From assembly GCA_050230475.1 (NCBI GenBank), contig JBFLGF010000163.1, positions 49,150 through 69,149 on the forward strand: 20,000 bases of DNA, read 5' to 3'. The position numbers were made by a program, and so were the translations under genes. The notes beneath the pieces are model-generated. The model worked only from the letters and a program-made list of their open reading frames with translations, was not told the origin of the DNA and did not search any database. Positions 1-20,000 of this stretch are shown here, one piece after another (position 1 is the stretch's first letter; every line of letters starts with the position of its first letter). The DNA is from Ancylonema sp. (taxonomy: Eukaryota).

Positions 1-525
1 TTCCGGGCATCAATGTGACGGTGTGTCATGTTAAGCGTGCAAGTCTCCGTTTGTTGATTATGGCACTTATGTTACAAGGCGAAACATGAAGCATGTGCCT
101 TTGCATGCGTTGTACTAAATATTTCAACAATTTTGAAGAAGCACGGTCAAGCTTATGATGACCCGTTGAAATCAACCCAATCGACAACATTCAAAAAATC
201 AGGGATGGCACATTGATTAATTCTTTAGTTTGAGTCAAACGTCTTTCGTACATACGAAAGATCCGCTTACATGCACACGAGGCAATGCTACAGAAACCCT
301 TATAGAGCGAAGTCCTTACGCGTAAACACGTTGCAAACACATACACGTTAACGACACAAATATCCCGTGCACCGAACGTGTGCCTCTAACGAGAATTTAC
401 CGTATTCCAAAATAAAAGTCAACCGAGAAACGAATATTATTGCCCGTGTAAGCGACTCAGGACCGGCATTTTTAGAGTTATGAAAAGGTGTCGGTGTGAC
501 GTATTCGAAGGGTTTTTATGTTATA

Positions 526-753
526 CCGTACTGGCCACACATAACCCCCCCCATTTTTGAAATGGCAATGAATTCAATCAACCCCCCCCCAAATAATTAT
601 TTATTTGACGTTATGTATGGCTGTCGTGCAGTTTAGTAGTGTACTGCAAGTGGTAGTGATGGGTCCCACCGGCCAAACATGACCCCAATCTCCGATTTTT
701 AGCAATTGATATAACGCCATCCCCCCCCCCCAAATAATTATGGCCAGTACGGG
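526..753. mobile_element. Candidate TA-flanked MITE (Tc1/mariner/pogo-like non-autonomous element)
   Basis: CCGTACTGGCCA at 526-537 and its perfect reverse complement TGGCCAGTACGG at 741-752. TA occurs at 524-525 and 754-755, with one extra G at 753. An internal repeat CCCCCCCCCAAATAATTAT occurs at 582-600 and about 723-741. Confidence 0.5.
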
Positions 754-811
754 TATGCGGAGTCCACGGAGCGTGGGCGCGGGCTCGTATGAAATTTATG
801 CAATCAATGCA

Positions 812-952
812 CCACGTGGCAAGCCGGCAGCAACTTTCGCGCAATCCAAACGATGCTCCCCTGCGCCTCCTGTCGATTGACCGATTCGTGCCTCCAACGA
901 ACACTCTCGCCCTCTGCCCGCCCTCTGCCCGCCCTCTGTTCCCCGCTATATG
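812..952 (+). promoter_or_regulatory. Possible promoter: G-box/ABRE-like CCACGTGGC, three copies of CGCCCTCTG(CC), weak TATA-like site
   Basis: CCACGTGGC at 812-820, 11-bp direct repeats at 908-938 and CTATAT near 946-951, upstream of candidate 5' exons. Motif match only. Confidence 0.25.
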
Positions 953-2023
953 CTTGAAAACACAGCTGAACAAACCAGACTTGAACGAAGCCTTAGGAGA
1001 AAGGGGTGCAATCTGAGGAGCAGCAGCAGTTGGGAATTCCTTTTCGTAAAAAATTGAGGGAGTCAACAGTTCGGCGCGAATCAGATGCCTATTCCGTGAG
1101 TCAAAAATTTGTAGACATTAGCGTGGACTGGAGTGGTCAATCATACCGTCTGTCATTCTCGTATCTGTATTCGCGAAATCAGTCCTTATTCAATTCGCGT
1201 GGTATTCGATTCTGGCGGCCATTGAGGCAATTAGGGCCGCGAGCTGCCCTGCGCTCCACTACGCCGCATGGGTATCGAAGCGGTTTACTAACGCAGCCTC
1301 TGCTCAACCGTGAAAGCGCACAGTATGGACTCACACGCGGCGCCCAGAAGCACAAGGTACAAAACAAGCATGCCACCGATGCTTGATGGTTGAAGTTGTC
1401 CTTCGACAAACAAACCACTCTTTTATTCTCACGATACCATATATGAGGTACTGCATAGTGTATATACATGCTTGACAACCATTGACAGTTGGGCAGGAAT
1501 CCAGCTCTGTAACTTGTTCCTACTCCCTGACCAGAATTTCACATTTTTCTCACAATTATGTGTCCCCTTCATCCTACATTATAACGTTTTTACATCTTTA
1601 TTTTCCCTTCAAAATGGTAGATATACTCGCTGAGGGTGTCCGAATTCAGGTAACCGTGAATACAGTGAGAAGTATATGAGTAAAAGTTTCGGAAGATGCT
1701 CCACACTTCCAATTATAACTTCAAATTGAGTGCAATCGAGTAGAGTGCACGCATAGCTCATGCTCATGTTGAACTCAGAGAATGAGCGGCTGGAAGTGCA
1801 CTCCATGTTCCATTCTTGCGAGGCCGCACTCCTCAAATAAATACGCGGTAGGAATACACATAGGCACTTTTATTAGATCTGGTATTTGGCATTTGATATA
1901 GGCGCGTGGAGATAATGTCGGTGGGGGGAGCACCTCCTTCTGCCAACATGGCCTGGCGGCACTCCCATACCTTTGCCACATGTATACACACTTGCACGCG
2001 GTGGCATAGGCAACTATCATGCA

Positions 2024-2115
2024 TGCATATTTGTATATTTGCATATTTGCATATTTGCATATTTGCATATTTGCATATTTGCATATTTGTATATTTGCAT
2101 ATTTGCATGTTTGCA
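2024..2115. repeat. 8-bp tandem repeat (ATTTGCAT)n, about 11 units
   Basis: Directly visible. It explains the ICKYANMQ / AYLHICIF repetitive ORFs. Confidence 0.95.
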
Positions 2116-2207
2116 GATTCTCAATTGTCAATTTTAATCTCGTGTGTGCCCTGGATCTTCTCAGGCGATGCAGCAGACCATGGCGCTCGATTGCGCCCGC
2201 TTTTATT

Positions 2208-17221
<15,014 letters not shown>

Positions 17222-17421
17222 ATCACCAAAAAGACCAACTGTCGAATTGTGGCAAACACGTGTTTTAGGGTTTGGAGGCACTACGCCGATTCTATATAAA
17301 CGACAATCCAGTATATTATGGTCGACTAATGTGGTGTTTGGCTTTGTCTATAGCGACGCTCACTAGATGTATAACAGTCGACGACGTCGCTCATAGTTGT
17401 TGTTCCATCTAGTATGTCGGA

Positions 17422-17510
17422 ATAGAGTAGAGTATATAGTATTTAGAGTACGGGGCAGAGTAGAGTATAGAGCATTCAGAGTATAGGTATGGTAGAGTAG
17501 AATAGAGTAT
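17422..17510. repeat. Degenerate (AGTAG/AGTAT)n pentamer repeat downstream of the stop codon
   Basis: Visible 5-nt periodicity. Confidence 0.7.
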
Positions 17511-20000
17511 TTATTTGCCATACGACCATCGTAATGCGGACCTACGATTTGTAGAACATCACTCAAAATTCTTTAGTTGGGTGACTATGATACAATTTTA
17601 GTTTGATCACTTAATAATAGATAGAGACAATTCCTATTTGATCGACTACACTATAAATGACTACATGCAAGATGGCAATGGAAGAAATGAATATAAATAT
17701 CACTATCACGTCAATGACCTATCATGATTGTACTTAGTATTTATTTAGCCCACACATGATGATTCTCGGTTTTTTGAAATTTTACGTCGAGTCATTACAC
17801 AATCATTTTGATCTACGAAAATAATATCCACACCAAATTATATGCATCATTAAAATGATCCACCCTCGACCTGCCCACAATTTACTCAAACGGACATTGA
17901 AAAACACATTTAAGAATCTAAAGCGATTATCTACAAGTCCGTTCACAAAAACAAAGTTAGTAAAACACGCAACTGTGCCACTATGTACATTACAAATTGA
18001 AAAACAAACAAACAATGATCATTTAATATGTTGCTACAAGAATGGCCTCCGACCCTACATATTAAATCTGTTGGGGAACAAACGAGCGAACATGTAAAGA
18101 AAGAAAAACACCAAAAAACGAATTCCAAAACATAAATACAAACACGAATACCCAAATATTAGCACGAAATTAATCAATATCATCTGTACGTCCACCCCTC
18201 CTAGGCATTGTGTCAATCTTTGTACACATCTTCCTACACATGTAATTTTCTTACACTAAAACAGCCAGAGTTTCCTCCCCCCACAGTCCTCTAACACAAC
18301 ATACGTTATACATCAGTGCATACATCAGTGCGTACTTAGCGCATACTTAGTCCCCTCCTCTGTCTATCACCGGCCACTTTAGAAGTTGTACCGTTAAAAC
18401 ATATTCAAAAAGATAACCGTTTTCTTGGCGTTTCGCAACCGGATTTCCGGTGCATACTCCCCCATCTGCACACATGCAATAGACCCACATAGACCCAACT
18501 CGGCACTTAGCACATTCACGGCTTGCTTTCTTTCATTCTGCCCCCCACACCAGCAAGTGCAATCTATTGATGTAACATATCCAATACACACATTTTGTTC
18601 CTTCCCAGATATGGGGGTGGTCTTCCATCAGTCATCCAAAATAAATGAAAACGCCCAAACAGCCCTACACCCCCCCTCCGCAATCATCCCATGTTTACCT
18701 CCAAGGCCCGAAAATCTCCTGCACCCCTTTTCCTCTCGCCTCACCTCCCCCTGGGCGGCTGGTGGGTGGGTCTGACTCCATACTAGACTCCCTCATACCT
18801 ACACAGGGGGGAGACAGCTGTGGCACATGTCATCACCCAATCATGACACCAGGTGAAATATCAGAGCACATCCTACCCCTTCCCTGCTTTCATCCTGATC
18901 CACATCCAGGTGCCCAATGGTGTAGTCACCTGAAGCATAGTTTTCCCCAACAGAGGCTGCGTTCTGCTCCCATTGCTTCTTCTTCTCCTTCTCAATGGCA
19001 GCAAGTAGGCGCGCCATCCGTGCACGGGCGATCGCTGCCGTTCTCTCCTGAATCGCCACGTCCGCCTAGTCAGCACCTGCCAGCTGGCTGCTTGTGCTGT
19101 CACCCTGGCTCTGTGTCTGAGGTGAGCCACAGGCGCGTCGCCACAAGAGGGTGTGGACAACGTTCGCGTCTCGAAATCGGTCGCTGAGACTGGAGCGGCA
19201 CCAACATTTGCACCTCATCGGAACCTACATCGGAACCAGAGGTGAGCGACATCTTCAACTTGATCAACATTGATGTACAAAAATATAGGCCCGCCGCTCC
19301 GCATCTGCTGATCACGTTTTCTCATACCTCGATAGCGATTCTGTTGCCGAACGCGCCGAGGGTATCCAGCAGTTCCTAAAAGATGAAAAATAAAATTGAA
19401 GCTGAGTTGGAAGTGCGGATAACCGGAATAATAGACACGCATCAAACAGGGTACGGACCGTGTTGCCATGCAGAAATTTATCTATGAACCTGATGTCCTT
19501 TTTTATGGGTGACCACGTCTTAACAAGTCCACCTGTGTGGCTGACTTCGACAGTGAGTCCGTCCCTGTGGTTCCCAGTCTAACGAACGGTGGGAAAGCTG
19601 TACGAGTTTAATTTCTGGACACAACGGCAGCTCTTAGCGAGGAGTGTGATGGCCTAGCTTATAGATTCAAGGAAGTACGAGCAGCCACCTACGAATAAAA
19701 AAATGATGTAACTAAGTACCGAGTATATTTATTATAATGTTGATGTCAACTGCACATTTGACAAGATATGAAATGTACACCAGACATGCCCATCCAGCCA
19801 TAGGTGACTCACACTATTGGTCATCGCACGGAAGAGCCTTCGTAATGCGGCCAAGCCCTCGGTTTGCTCTTGTGCATTTGAGGAATAAGCGCATGCCTTG
19901 TCAGCTGTCGTGCCGTTTATCATCGGGACCATTCACACGTGTAACATATTCGATATAACAATCATCGTTGTAATGAGTGAAATGCACGTGCGAATTATGT

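Noticed and set aside
17560..18800. Short ORFs in AT-rich sequence downstream of the gene
   Set aside because: No motifs or coherent splice chain, so most likely intergenic.

Overview
Eukaryotic, intron-rich DNA (short GT-AG introns, one GC-AG, microsatellites); the lineage cannot be fixed from sequence alone. Hand-splicing joins about 29 + strand exons (about 2208-17221) in consistent phase into one gene of roughly 1,800 aa. Predicted order: putative signal peptide, GH26-type glycoside hydrolase with an EF-hand-like loop, an unknown beta-rich luminal domain, one TM helix, about 4 ankyrin repeats, a Ser/Pro-rich linker, a BcsA-type processive GT2 glycan synthase (D,D,D,QxxRW, FxVTxK), and a long low-complexity tail ending in a TM helix. 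This hydrolase-ankyrin-synthase fusion is the main finding, and it is not visible in the ORF track. The five GT2 catalytic exons occur twice in tandem (9445-11297 and 11300-13129), separated by a single N at 11298, so this is probably two haplotypes or paralogues joined by scaffolding. The fusion from GH26 to QxxRW lies entirely left of that N. Also present: a TA-flanked MITE candidate (526-753), an 89-bp intronic palindrome and several simple repeats. The start codon and two or three tail exons are uncertain, and 17.3-20 kb is largely unexplained.
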